Assembly: GCF_000195855.1 (NCBI RefSeq)
Contig: NC_002677.1
Span: 1,590,001-1,622,000, forward strand
Direction of reading: 5' to 3'
DNA length: 32,000 bases
DNA from: Mycobacterium leprae TN
Lineage (GTDB): Bacteria; Actinomycetota; Actinomycetes; Mycobacteriales; Mycobacteriaceae
Shown here: positions 10,335-20,649 of the stretch, in pieces
Layout of the letters: every line of letters starts with the position of its first letter
Numbering within the stretch: position 1 is the stretch's first letter
The notes under the pieces: generated by a model
What the model was told of the DNA's origin: nothing
Seen by the model: the letters and a program-made list of their open reading frames with translations, nothing else
The model's database searches: none
Position numbers and translations under genes: made by a program

Positions 10335-12375
10335 CGTAGTCGTTCTAACGATGAGCGTCGACTTGAAAAGTCCCGGTGCCATTGACCTTCAATTTGCTAT
10401 TGAATTATGAAGCGTTGTGCACGTAGATTTCCCTGCTTTACCCCCAACCATACGCAGCGCACGTTCCAGTCGGTGACTGTGGCTGGCGCGAGATTCATCA
10501 ATACCAGTCGACGAGCGCTGCGGTCAGCTTTTAGGTATAGATGGAGTCCATCGTGGCCAGGTGTGCGTTCAGCGTCAGAGATTCCATTGCGCAAGATGCT
10601 GGCTCGTCTTCTTGTCCAGCAGTATGACGTTGGACATCGGATCGCGATAGGCGTCCCAAATACACTGCGCTTTGTACGATGGTACCGTTGGACGTATTCA
10701 CCAGCGCGTTGGGCGCATCGGAGGTACGCGGCTTGTCAACGCCGGCGATGGTTGCTATTGTGTTAACAATCCTTTTTCGTCCTATCCTGGGCTACGCTTT
10801 TTTGCTATTTCGCTCGGGTTATGAACGCAGAAGATTACATTAGTCCAGGGGACGGCAGTGATGCATTTCGTGCCGTGCACTGTGGCCGTTCGGACGAGTG
10901 TTAATATGTTGTGCTTATGCACAATTGTGTGCAGGGGCAGTAGCTTCGTACCACCAACGTTTGTGACGACTGCAATCACTATGATCATAGTGTTTAGCAG
11001 AAAGGACTCCGACTCTAGTGTCAGTTAGGACGCTAAGGATGCCAGGCCTTCGAATTTTTCGACACGCTGGCCGTCAGCAGTCAGCTGCTAAGCCTAATCC
11101 TCCTGCACTATAGGGTGGCTAGCACAAAGCCAATGGAAGTGGCAAGCAGATGAATGGCATGCCTACCGTAACGTTCGACCTAGGTTTAAAAAGGCAGATC
11201 CGCAACATGGATGGCCTAAGTGAAGCCGCTGAACATCCGCAGTTAGATAACTAAACCTGATTTCCTCCTCGTATGGTGATATAGGGAATCAACCTCAACA
11301 CGACCCGCCTCCGTCGAACCTGTTACGGTGGATAAGGAAATCACCTGAGCCATGCTCGGCATCGGTGAGTTTCTGCTTGAGTAGTTGGTTGCCAATGGTG
11401 ACTTGAATACGCGAAAACTGCTCTGCTGCATGGGCTTTACTGTAGTAGTGATCAAAGCCTTAGCAGAGACATTCCCAAATTGGGAACTGAAAGTATAATC
11501 TTCCTGAAATCCCAAGGAGTCCTTATAATTTCATTAGTTCATCGTTAATTTCATTGGCTGGGGGTTAAGCGCCACACTGAGTTGGCGTGCCTCGGGCACA
11601 TAGAGTTATCAGGAAACGTCCAGCACACCGCTGCTGTGACCTGGGAACTAGACAACCGGATTCTGGTTGAACCCACGGTAGTCGTGAGGGCAGATCCGGG
11701 CGCGTTTAACGATCCAACCACCCAGAGATCCGTCACACGCGGCAGCTTTGACATCCTCGGTGGACAGCGTGACATGGCACAGCGAACCCAAGCATAGTTG
11801 GTGATCGCAGATCAACTCGCGGACACTGCCCTGCACCGCCAAGTGCACCATGGCACGCAGATAATGGTAGGAATCTGGTCAACCGGTTCCGGTGCGGTCA
11901 CCATAACCTGATCCAGCCGGCTAACGTGTCGTCGAGTGATTCCTGATTCTACAGCACTATAAACCAACTTGGCCAGACCAACTTGGCCGCGCTGATGATT
12001 GCGAGGGCAAATTGCCGCGCTTTGACTTGGGTCTATATGCTTCGTGTTGCCGATGAGCACACGGGTTGTCGATTCCTTGGTGGTTACGACTTAGCCATTC
12101 GCCCGCTGGAAGCAGACGGCCACGATATTGACTCCGGTTGTGCTGTATCGGGGGTATCAACACGCTCATCGTTATGGTCAGGTCGGTGGTATTCGTCTTC
12201 GCACCGGCCGACTGTGAGCTCCGGGCGGCAACAGATCTCGTATGAGCGTTAGTCGGTCATGGGGTTGGCTCCTTGCGTAGAGGTAGCCAGCTTGCCGACC
12301 GAACAGGCTCAGGTCATATCTAGGTCACGAACCTACGTTTGTAACTCTAATTACTAGTCTGAACTGAGCAAACAC

Positions 12376-12450
12376 TGGTGCGCGATACTGGGATTGAACC
12401 AGTGACCTCTTCCGTGTCAGGGAAGTGCTCTCCCGCTGAGCTAATCGCGC
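12376..12450 (-). tRNA. tRNA-Val (anticodon GAC), CCA encoded
   Basis: GCGCGATTAGCTCAGCGGGAGAGCACTTCCCTGACACGGAAGAGGTCACTGGTTCAATCCCAGTATCGCGCACCA folds as a cloverleaf with anticodon loop CTGACAC. Confidence 0.97.
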
Positions 12451-12467
12451 TAGGGGGTGAAATCTAG

Positions 12468-12538
12468 AGGTGGAGACGGGAATCGAACCCGTGTGCACGG
12501 CTTTGCAGGCCGTTGCCTCACCACTCGGCCACTCCACC
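12468..12538 (-). tRNA. tRNA-Cys (anticodon GCA)
   Basis: GGTGGAGTGGCCGAGTGGTGAGGCAACGGCCTGCAAAGCCGTGCACACGGGTTCGATTCCCGTCTCCACCT cloverleaf, anticodon loop CTGCAAA. Confidence 0.96.
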
Positions 12539-12566
12539 ACAGGGATTGATGCCACTTGCACCTTCG

Positions 12567-12639
12567 AGCGGATGACGGGATTCGAACCCGCGACCCTCAC
12601 CTTGGCAAGGTGATGCGCTACCAACTGCGCTACATCCGC
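12567..12639 (-). tRNA. tRNA-Gly (anticodon GCC)
   Basis: GCGGATGTAGCGCAGTTGGTAGCGCATCACCTTGCCAAGGTGAGGGTCGCGGGTTCGAATCCCGTCATCCGCT cloverleaf, anticodon loop TTGCCAA. Confidence 0.97.
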
Positions 12640-12817
12640 GCGCAACGGACGAAATCGTCGCCCGGTGCGAAGCACGACGATAGTCCACGTGAATGGGCGT
12701 ACACAACTCTCTGGGTACGACGCGTGGCTAGATTGCGTGACTAGGTCGTAAGCATGTGGGGAATGCTGCGGATCAGCGGTTCGTGCTAGTCTTCGACGTC
12801 ATTCGCCTCTAGGCGCC

Positions 12818-12892
12818 GGTCCCGTGGCTCAGTGGAAGAGCGTCCGCTTCACACGCGGAAGGTCGCTGGTTCGACCCCAGCCGGGACCACCA
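12818..12892 (+). tRNA. tRNA-Val (anticodon CAC), CCA encoded
   Basis: GGTCCCGTGGCTCAGTGGAAGAGCGTCCGCTTCACACGCGGAAGGTCGCTGGTTCGACCCCAGCCGGGACCACCA cloverleaf, anticodon loop TTCACAC. Confidence 0.96.
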
Positions 12893-12981
12893 GAGTGATT
12901 ATCTAGGTTAGTTGGTTAAAAATGCCTTTTTGCTGTGCGCGGATCTTCTTTGGCACTCGGTGACATGGGGCCAAGCTGGTG

Positions 12982-13200
12982 TCAGCTCGCACCCTCATGA
13001 ACGTCATCGAGCGCTGTCGTGATGTCGACAAGGTCGTCGTCAAAGAGATCCACGTAGATATACTCGTCACGATGATCGATGCGTGACCCATGGCCTTCTG
13101 CAGGAGTATCCGGGCCGGTACCGGCCCTGCGTGACCACGATGTGCAAGTATGGCGTAGGTAGTGCACCTGCAGGTTGTCGTGGCCAATCTCGATGACTGA
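12982..13200 (-). pseudogene. C-terminal remnant of a phage-type tyrosine recombinase/integrase
   Basis: Minus-strand HYLRHTCTSWSRRAGTG, then in another frame LLQKAMGHASIIVT, then back to YVDLFDDDLVDITTALDDV. This follows the integrase pattern (H.LRHT..S......QK.LGHAS..VT...Y..LFDDDLD). Confidence 0.78.
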
Positions 13201-14139
13201 CTTGCGCCAGTTGACAGCCTGCTTCCAGTTTTCCTGGCTCAAGTGTGCACTTTTGGGAGACGTGATTGTCGGTGCGCAGTGAGGCCGTGCGTTAAACCGC
13301 GCCTTGAGGCATTGGGGTCAAACGTTATTGGTACCTCATGTCGGCTAGACTACAATTTCGTATTGACTTCGATCAGTTTGCCTTCGACTTGTGTCATTGA
13401 CCGACGCACGCGAAGTCGGCGAGCCTTCAAGTCAACATCTTCGATATTAAACTCGAGGAGTGCGCCAAATCGCAGAATTTGTGTAGGCGAGGATCTAAAC
13501 GACATCACTCTGACGTCTACAGGTCCGGGCGTGGGCTGCGATTTCAGTGGTGGTCAGGTAAATGTGTGTTGTAGGTCGTATTGGTGTACAATTCGTGCGG
13601 GCTTCCGGATTCTTGCTAATACTTTGACCTTCCGCAATTGCGTGGTAAAGACACATCTTGAGGACTGAATGCATCCACCTCACCGTTCGAGGACTTAGGC
13701 CCGATGGCGACATGGCATTCACCCATTGCTGGATCGACTCATGATCGATCTTCGTGATAGGTCACGAGCCGAAGCGCGGCTCGATATGAAGTCTCTAACC
13801 CCCTCATTTCTAAATCGATATTGAGTGTTACTTTCACAACAACTATTGCAAGGAGATTTGTCATACAGGATGATGGCTATCTTGTTTTTTGTGGTGATCG
13901 TATGTACCATGAGCGTGCTGAAGGTGCGGAAGTCTTGAAGGTAGATCCGTTACAGACGTCAACTCACCACGCATTCGGCCATTATCACGGCAGCCGATAC
14001 CGGTGGCTTTGGGATACTTGCTTGAGATATTCCATCCGATATTCCGGCAGTGGCAACGGAGCTGAATATTGTGGAACTGCTACTTCATTACTTGGTTGCT
14101 GGTCGGCAGGGGCGCTTGCCGCTTACGCGGGGATCCTTT

Positions 14140-15250
14140 GATGATAGTGCTTGAAGACTTGCTCGCGTGAGATCGAGATGCTTGTCCCCGATCGGCGCGT
14201 AACGCTGGTAACGATCCGAAAGGACTGCGGGTTACCTTGCTAACCCCGCAGGGACCGGTTTCGTATCGTCGACCGCCACTAAAACTCATGGTGTTGGACA
14301 ACTGTGAGATATGTTCTCGATGTCTGTGCTGAGCTGGTCACTGCGCTTTTGGGTGACTGCCCGGCATTTACGATTTTGGCGCCCAGTTGCGAATCGATCG
14401 GGGTTGTTGGATATATCACCTGGCGGGCAACGTTCTTGTTGCCAGCCGACGCAGCAATCGAATTGTTCGCTGATCGCGCCCACCTGGTTTAGTTCGCCTT
14501 CCGCGTCGTCAGCGCTAATACCGAGGCGGTGGGCCAGGTCTGCCAGCGGCTGGACGGCATGCCCCTCGCCATCGAGCTTGCTGCTGCACTGGTGCGTTCG
14601 TTGTCGCCGGTCGAGATCACCTAGAGTTTAGGCTAGCGGTTCTGGCTGCTGACAGGGTAATCTGCGCAGCGCGGTGCGCCGCCAACAGACACTCTGCATA
14701 CCGATGGATTTGGTAGCATACGTTGTTGACCGAGAGCGAACGGATCTTGTTTCGCCGGCTAGGTTGTCTCCACGGGTACGTTCGACTTGCCCGCAGCCCG
14801 AGCTGGTACCAACAGTGACGTGGAGATCTATATTTAAGTCCTCGATCAACTGAAGCTGCTCGTCGACAAGTTATTGGTAGTCGTCCAATATGTCCAGGGA
14901 TGCAAACGGTACCGGCTGTGGGAAACCTGTGCGTGAGTTGCACGTTAGAACGTTGGACGAATCCGGCGAAACCGACCTGTCGGTGCGTCACTGCGACTAT
15001 ATACAAGACATTGGCTTCTAGGCTGGAGTACACTAGGGCAGTCCGACCATCTCGAGCTGGTGGAGCAGGCTGAGCTCGTGATCGCCCGTCTGGTGTGCAT
15101 GCTTCATCTGGGACCACAGCAACAACGATCACAACGATTGTGTAGGTGTATCGCAGAATCGCATCCTGGCTGCAGCCGATTTGGTTCGGGCGTGGCCTCC
15201 AGTGCGCGGGCTTAGCCTGGTTCGATTCGATTTCGATCTTGAAAAATGGT
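14140..15250 (+). pseudogene. Decayed LuxR/AfsR-type transcriptional regulator with NB-ARC-like ATPase domain
   Basis: In order across frames: VRYVLDVCAELVTALLGDCPAFTILAPSCESIGVVGYITWRATFLLPADAAIELFADRAHLV; VCQRLDGMPLAIELAAALVRSLSPVEIT; FDLPAARAG; VLDQLKLLVDKLLVVVQYVQGCKRYRLWETC; SWLQPIWFGRGLQCAGLAWFDSI. Many stops and frameshifts. Confidence 0.85.
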
Positions 15251-16112
15251 GATGCTTAATTAGCTTACGGTATCCGCCGATGTTTGAGTGCGTGCACTCG
15301 CGGGACAAAGTGATGCTCAAGCAGCTTGGTGGCCCGAGGACCGGTGCCCGGTTATGTGAGGTGGCATACAGTTACACCGACGACGCCGTTGTGTCTGATG
15401 AGTGAGATGGCACCGCATGGTGTCGTCGGTAACGTGAGCACACGTTGCGATCCCACTTGATGAACGCGATGCAGCACGCAATGAGGGCCGCACGCAATTC
15501 TAGTGTACGTTACCGACTTGCGCGCGTAGGCGTGCCAGATGCCGTTTCTAGTTGCACTGAACTGTGAGTCCGGCAGGTCATTTGCCGCGGCGCGTCTTCA
15601 TGGCACGGCGGCCGCATCGTGACGGCGGACAGCGGAGGTTCTCTTCAAGGTCTGAGAGGCCGACTACGAGGTCTAGATGCCGGCGCTTCGTGACGTCGAT
15701 GGGTAACGACAATTTCGACTCCGCCCGGGCCGACGGCGGCCGCTATGCCCATCGACGATGTGATTCGTTCAGCACACTATGAGCGCGGAAAACGCAAACG
15801 TTTGGAGCAGTGGCTGGGGTTGATTAATCTCTGCCGAGTGTAACGTTTAGATGCAGCTCGTGGGTGAAGGACTGGGAAATCGACAAAGTCACTACACGGT
15901 TTTTCGTTTCGCCCCTCATATAATAATATAGTGTAGTCTCATCCACCCACGACTAGTTCGCGCGTCCAACATGCGCAAGAAGCTGATGTGCCACAGCTAA
16001 TCGATTCGGTCGTCTCCTGGTCACAGCAGGCCCGCACCGAAGTCAACTAAAAAAACTGCCGGGTCTGACGATGTGCCATGATGTCCAAGCTGTCAAGAGT
16101 CAGGGAGCAGCA

Positions 16113-19100
16113 GTGGATCTCAATTTTTCAATCGTCACACGACCAGTCGAGCGTCTGGTCGCTACGGCACAAAATGGCCTGGAAGTTTTGCGGTTGGGGG
16201 GGTTAGAAACAGGCAGCTTTCCGTCACCGTCGCAGATTGTCGAGAGCGTGCCGATGTACAAGCTTCGACGGTACTTTCCGCCCGGTAACCGGCCTGGGCA
16301 ACCGCTGTTGGGAGCGCCGGTGCTGATGGTGCACCCGATGATGATGTCGGCGGATATGTGGGACGTCACCCGGGAGGAGGGCGCGGTAGGCATCTTGCAC
16401 GTCAGGGGGCTTGATCCCTGGGTCATCGACTTCGGCTCACCCGACAAAGTCGAGGGTGGAATGCGTCGGAATCTGGCCGACCACATCGTGGCCCTCAGCG
16501 AAGCGGTCGATACTGTCAAGGAAGTCACCGGTAACGATGTGCACCTGGTTGGGTATTCACAGGGTGGCATGTTCTGCTACCAAGCTGCCGCATACCGGCG
16601 TTCGGAGAACATCGCTAGCATCGTGGCGTTCGGCTCCCCAGTTGACACTCTAGCCGCGCTTCCCATGGGTATTCCACCAAACTTCGGCGTGGTACTTGCC
16701 AATTTTATGGCTGATCACGTCTTCAATCGCTTGGATATCCCAAGCTGGTTGGCGCGTGCCGGTTTTCAGATGTTAGATCCGCTCAAGACGGTCAAAGCCC
16801 GGGTCGACTTCGTGCGTCAGCTGCACAATCGTGAAGCTTTGCTGTCGCGTGAACAGCAGCGCCGATTCCTTGAATCCGAAGGGTGGATCGCGTGGTCGGG
16901 TCCAGCAATTTCCGAGCTACTTAAGCAGTTCATTGCGCACAATCGAATGATGACGGGCGGTTTTGCTGTCAACGGGCAGATGGTGACGTTAACTGACATC
17001 ACCTGCCCGGTGCTGGCTTTCGTCGGCGAGGTTGACGACATCGGTCAGCCAGCGTCAGTGCGAGGCATTAGACGCGCAGCACCCAACGCCGAGGTCTACG
17101 AGTCTCTGATCCGGACAGGACATTTCGGCCTGGTCGTGGGATCCAGGGCGGCGCAGCAGAGTTGGCCGACCGTCGCCGAATGGGTATGCTGGTTAGCCGC
17201 TAATGCTAACAAGCCGGCGAATATCCATATTATGCCGGATCAGCCGGTCGAACACACCGCCAGTGGCGTCGCGATTAGTTCTCGGCTCGCGCACGGACTG
17301 GGGGAGGTCTCCGAGACGGCGTTGGCGCTGGCTCGTGGCGTGGCCGATGCGATTGTGGCTGCCAACAGATCCGTTCATACGTTGGCTGTGGAGACAGTCC
17401 GGACGTTACCACGTTTGGCTCGGCTCGGACAGCTCAATGACCACACTCGGATCTCGCTAGGCCGTATTATCGGCGAACAAGCTCACGATGCCCCACGGGG
17501 TGAGTTCCTGTTGTTCGACGGACGTGTGCATACTTACGAGGCTGTCGACCGGCGAGTCAACAACGTCGTCCGAGGTCTGATCGCGGTCGGGGTGCGGCAG
17601 GGTGACCGCGTAGGTGTGCTGATGGAAACTCGTCCCAGCGCACTGGTCGCCATTGCAGCACTGTCTCGGCTGGGTGCGGTTGCCGTGATGATGAGGCCAG
17701 ATGCCGATCTGGCCGCATCGGTCCGAATCGGGGGAGCGACGAAGATCTTGACTGACCCCGCCAATCTTGGCGTAGTACTTGCTTACGGTCGCCAGTTGAC
17801 TGGTCAGGTACTGGTGTTGGGTGGCGGTGAGTCACGTGATCTGCACCTGCCGGAGGACGCCTTGCAGCAAAACCAAGTCATCGACATGGAAAAGATCGAC
17901 CCGAATGCCGTCGACCTGCCGGCCTGGTATCGGCCCAACTCGGGATTGGCTCGGGATCTGGCGTTCATCGCGTGCAGCACGGTCGGCGGCGAGTTGGTAG
18001 CTAAGCAGATCACTAACTACCGATGGGCGGTCTCAGCTTTCGGAACTGCCTCAACAGCCGCTCTCGATCGCAGGGACACAGTGTATTGCTTGACGCCGCT
18101 GCATCACGAGTCCGCGCTGCTGGTAAGCCTGGGCGGTGCGGTCGTTGGTGGTGCTCGCATAGCGCTGTCGCGCGGTTTATGCTCGAACCGATTTGTGCAC
18201 GAGGTGCGTCAATACGGCGTCACTGTTGTATCCTACACCTGGGCTATGCTGCGCGAACTTGTCGATGACCCGGCGTTTGTACTGCACGGCAACCATCCGG
18301 TGCGGCTGTTCATGGGCTCAGGCATGCCGACCGGCCTATGGGAGCGGGTCGTCGAAGCGTTCGCGCCCGCTCATGTTGTCGAATTTTTCGCTACGGTCGA
18401 CGGACAAGCTGTACTGGCTAACGTGTCGGGTGCGAAGATTGGTAGCAAGGGTCGTCCGCTGCCCGGCGCTGGGCATGTCGAGTTGGGTGCTTACGACGCC
18501 GAACAGGACTTGATCCTGGAAAACGACCGCGGTTTCGTACAGGTCGCCGACGTCAACCAGATTGGTGTGCTACTCGCTGCGTCCCGCGGGCCGATCGATC
18601 CGACTGCGTCTGTCAAACGCGGTGTTTTTGCTCCGGCTGACACCTGGATAGCAACCGAGTACTTGTTACGCCGCGACTACGATGGAGACTATTGGCTGGC
18701 GGGGCGGCGTAGCTCGGTGGTTCGCACCGCACGCGGATTGGTTTATACTGAACCAGTGACCGACGCGCTCGGCTTCATCACTGGGGTCGACCTCGCTGCG
18801 ACCTACAGTGTGGCGGTGGATGATCGTGAGTTGGCGGTGTCGGCGGTGACACTGTTGCCCGGAGCGGCCATAACGGCGGCCGACTTGACCGAAGCCGTTG
18901 CCAGCATGCCCGTCGGACTGGGGCCCGACATTGTGCACGTGGTACCAGAGCTAACGCTCAGCGCCACCTATCGTCCAATCGTCGGTGCCCTGCGCACGGC
19001 CGGGATTCCTAAAACGGGGCGCCAGGTATGGTATTTCGATTCCGCAAGTAATCAATTCAGGCGGATGACTCCCGGGGTGCGGGCGGAGCTAGCAGGCAAA

Positions 19101-19121
19101 CACACGCACACCCATGCTTGA
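16113..19121 (+). CDS. Fusion protein: N-terminal PHA-synthase/lipase-like alpha/beta hydrolase plus C-terminal acyl-CoA synthetase-like (ANL) domain (Rv1683-like)
   Basis: About 1000-aa intact frame (provided ORF begins at 16071; GTG at 16113 is a plausible start). Nucleophile elbow HLVGYSQGGMFCYQAAAYRRS; C-terminal TVYCLTPLHHESALLVSLGGAVVGG...SYTWAMLRELV...LFMGSGMPTGLWERV...LPGAGHVELGAYD. Confidence 0.9.
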   Translation: MDLNFSIVTRPVERLVATAQNGLEVLRLGGLETGSFPSPSQIVESVPMYKLRRYFPPGNRPGQPLLGAPVLMVHPMMMSADMWDVTREEGAVGILHVRGLDPWVIDFGSPDKVEGGMRRNLADHIVALSEAVDTVKEVTGNDVHLVGYSQGGMFCYQAAAYRRSENIASIVAFGSPVDTLAALPMGIPPNFGVVLANFMADHVFNRLDIPSWLARAGFQMLDPLKTVKARVDFVRQLHNREALLSREQQRRFLESEGWIAWSGPAISELLKQFIAHNRMMTGGFAVNGQMVTLTDITCPVLAFVGEVDDIGQPASVRGIRRAAPNAEVYESLIRTGHFGLVVGSRAAQQSWPTVAEWVCWLAANANKPANIHIMPDQPVEHTASGVAISSRLAHGLGEVSETALALARGVADAIVAANRSVHTLAVETVRTLPRLARLGQLNDHTRISLGRIIGEQAHDAPRGEFLLFDGRVHTYEAVDRRVNNVVRGLIAVGVRQGDRVGVLMETRPSALVAIAALSRLGAVAVMMRPDADLAASVRIGGATKILTDPANLGVVLAYGRQLTGQVLVLGGGESRDLHLPEDALQQNQVIDMEKIDPNAVDLPAWYRPNSGLARDLAFIACSTVGGELVAKQITNYRWAVSAFGTASTAALDRRDTVYCLTPLHHESALLVSLGGAVVGGARIALSRGLCSNRFVHEVRQYGVTVVSYTWAMLRELVDDPAFVLHGNHPVRLFMGSGMPTGLWERVVEAFAPAHVVEFFATVDGQAVLANVSGAKIGSKGRPLPGAGHVELGAYDAEQDLILENDRGFVQVADVNQIGVLLAASRGPIDPTASVKRGVFAPADTWIATEYLLRRDYDGDYWLAGRRSSVVRTARGLVYTEPVTDALGFITGVDLAATYSVAVDDRELAVSAVTLLPGAAITAADLTEAVASMPVGLGPDIVHVVPELTLSATYRPIVGALRTAGIPKTGRQVWYFDSASNQFRRMTPGVRAELAGKHTHTHA

Positions 19122-19347
19122 CGATTTACTGCTGAGCATTCTGGTGTGCCCAGCTGACCGGGGGCCCTTGGTGTTGGTTGACCAAGGCTATGGGGCAGGT
19201 GGCCAATCGTTCTACAACCCGCGACTGCGGCGTGCCTATCGCATCGACGACGGCATTCCGGTGCTGTTGGTCGACGAAGCCCGCGATGTAGACGACGACG
19301 AGCACGCCCAGCTTATGGTGCAAGCGCCTACGACAGATCCTCAGTGA
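19114..19347 (+). CDS. Trm112/YcaR-family small protein (Rv1684-like)
   Basis: MLDDLLLSILVCPADRGPLVLVDQG...SFYNPRLRRAYRIDDGIPVLLVDEARDVDDDEHA. Overlaps the end of the preceding CDS by 8 nt. Confidence 0.9.
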   Translation: MLDDLLLSILVCPADRGPLVLVDQGYGAGGQSFYNPRLRRAYRIDDGIPVLLVDEARDVDDDEHAQLMVQAPTTDPQ

Positions 19348-19359
19348 GGTAGCGCTAGC

Positions 19360-19933
19360 AAGGTTCGACGGGGCGATTGGTTTGTACATGATCTGTTTGA
19401 CCGGCAGCAACGTGCATGGCTTGATCTTGACGATGTAGCGAGCCATGACGACGTCTATCAACTGTGACGCAACGAACTGGGTGTGGATTTCCGGTCACCG
19501 TCGGGTTGTCGACCCGCGCAACCATTTCCACGGTGACCACTTCCTGCAGAAATGAGTGCGCCAAACTCCCCTCGAAAACCTAGACTAACGACCGTAACGT
19601 TACGATCAACCCCCATACCCAAGGCGGAATCCCAGATTGGCAGCAATAAAATATGGAAACTTGTATCCGATTTACTCGACGAGGGGCCTCCCGCATTGGC
19701 ACGATCACCGCCATGGGATCGATCGGAAAGTGGATCGCACCGGCGAACAGCTACGGCTTAGTACCGAAGTAGTGATGCACCAGGACGGTATCGACTCTGA
19801 TGGCCGCAGCCACCGCCCATATCGATATTCTATCAATATCGTTGTTCGTAAACAGCTCTCGAGCTCTAGTCAAGATGCGTTTATGGGTATCGGAACTTCC
19901 GGAGGGTCGCCTGTGTTTTGGGTTGGTGGTCAA
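19360..19933 (-). pseudogene. Decayed TetR-family regulator (Rv1685c-like)
   Basis: N-terminal helix-turn-helix region SGSSDTHKRILTRARELFTNNDIDRISIWAVAAAIRVDTVLVHHYFGTKP. Frameshifted C-terminal pieces SFLQEVVTVEMVARVDNP and IDVVMARYIVKIKP. Confidence 0.85.
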
Positions 19934-19937
19934 CGTG

Positions 19938-20640
19938 CTAAGGCATCGAGTGTTTCAGTGTTATCGCAGCTAGAAACAACGATATTAGCACGAAACCTAT
20001 CACGACGATGATGTCGTGCACTGCGATGTGGGCCAGTTCGGAATGTGCACGTACTTGCTGCAAGGCATTCAATGCGTAGCTGACCAGCATCACGTTGCTG
20101 ATCCATTGCAGCCAGAGCACCATCAACATTCGTGGCACTATGATGCTGGCCAACAGCAATTGGGGAACCATCACCAATTAGGTTAATTGCACGGCCTTAA
20201 AATCCGGACGGGCGAAAGTGCTAAACAGCAATCCTGAGTCGATACCAAGCATCGCGTTGACGATTGCGATCACGAATATCCATACAGGGCTTCCTGCGGA
20301 ATCAAAACCGAGCAACCAAAACGACGATGCATGCCACGACAGCTTGGGTAACCGCGGCAATCGAGAATACGGTCCTGTAGGTGAGCAGCAGATTGAGCTA
20401 GTGCAGCGGAGTGGTCAGGATGCGCTCCACCGTTCCTGTTGCATTGTGACCGAGGTAGATTATGAACATCACGAAAAACAGGAAAAGGCCCAGCAGGATC
20501 AGACGGGCGTTGTTCAACAGCTACGGGGTTCTTGGATGATGTGGGGGCATTTTCGAACATGAAGTACATCAGCGTGATTACCAAGATCGGCACCAACAAG
20601 ATCATCGCGATGCTGCGGTGATCGGCGGCAAGCTGTCGCA
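19938..20640 (-). pseudogene. Decayed ABC-2 type transporter permease (Rv1686c-like)
   Basis: ILLVPILVITLMYFMFENAP; LLGFDSAGSPVWIFVIAIVNAMLGIDSGLLFSTFARPDFKAVQ; PQLLLASIIVPRMLMVLWLQWISNVMLVSYALNALQQVRAHSELAHIAVHDIIVVIGFVLISLFLAAITL, in separate frames. Confidence 0.86.
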
Positions 20641-20649
20641 GAATCCGCG

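Noticed and set aside
14617-15132. 171-aa minus-strand ORF
   Set aside because: Antisense to the LuxR/AfsR-type regulator ghost, whose conserved blocks read on the plus strand.
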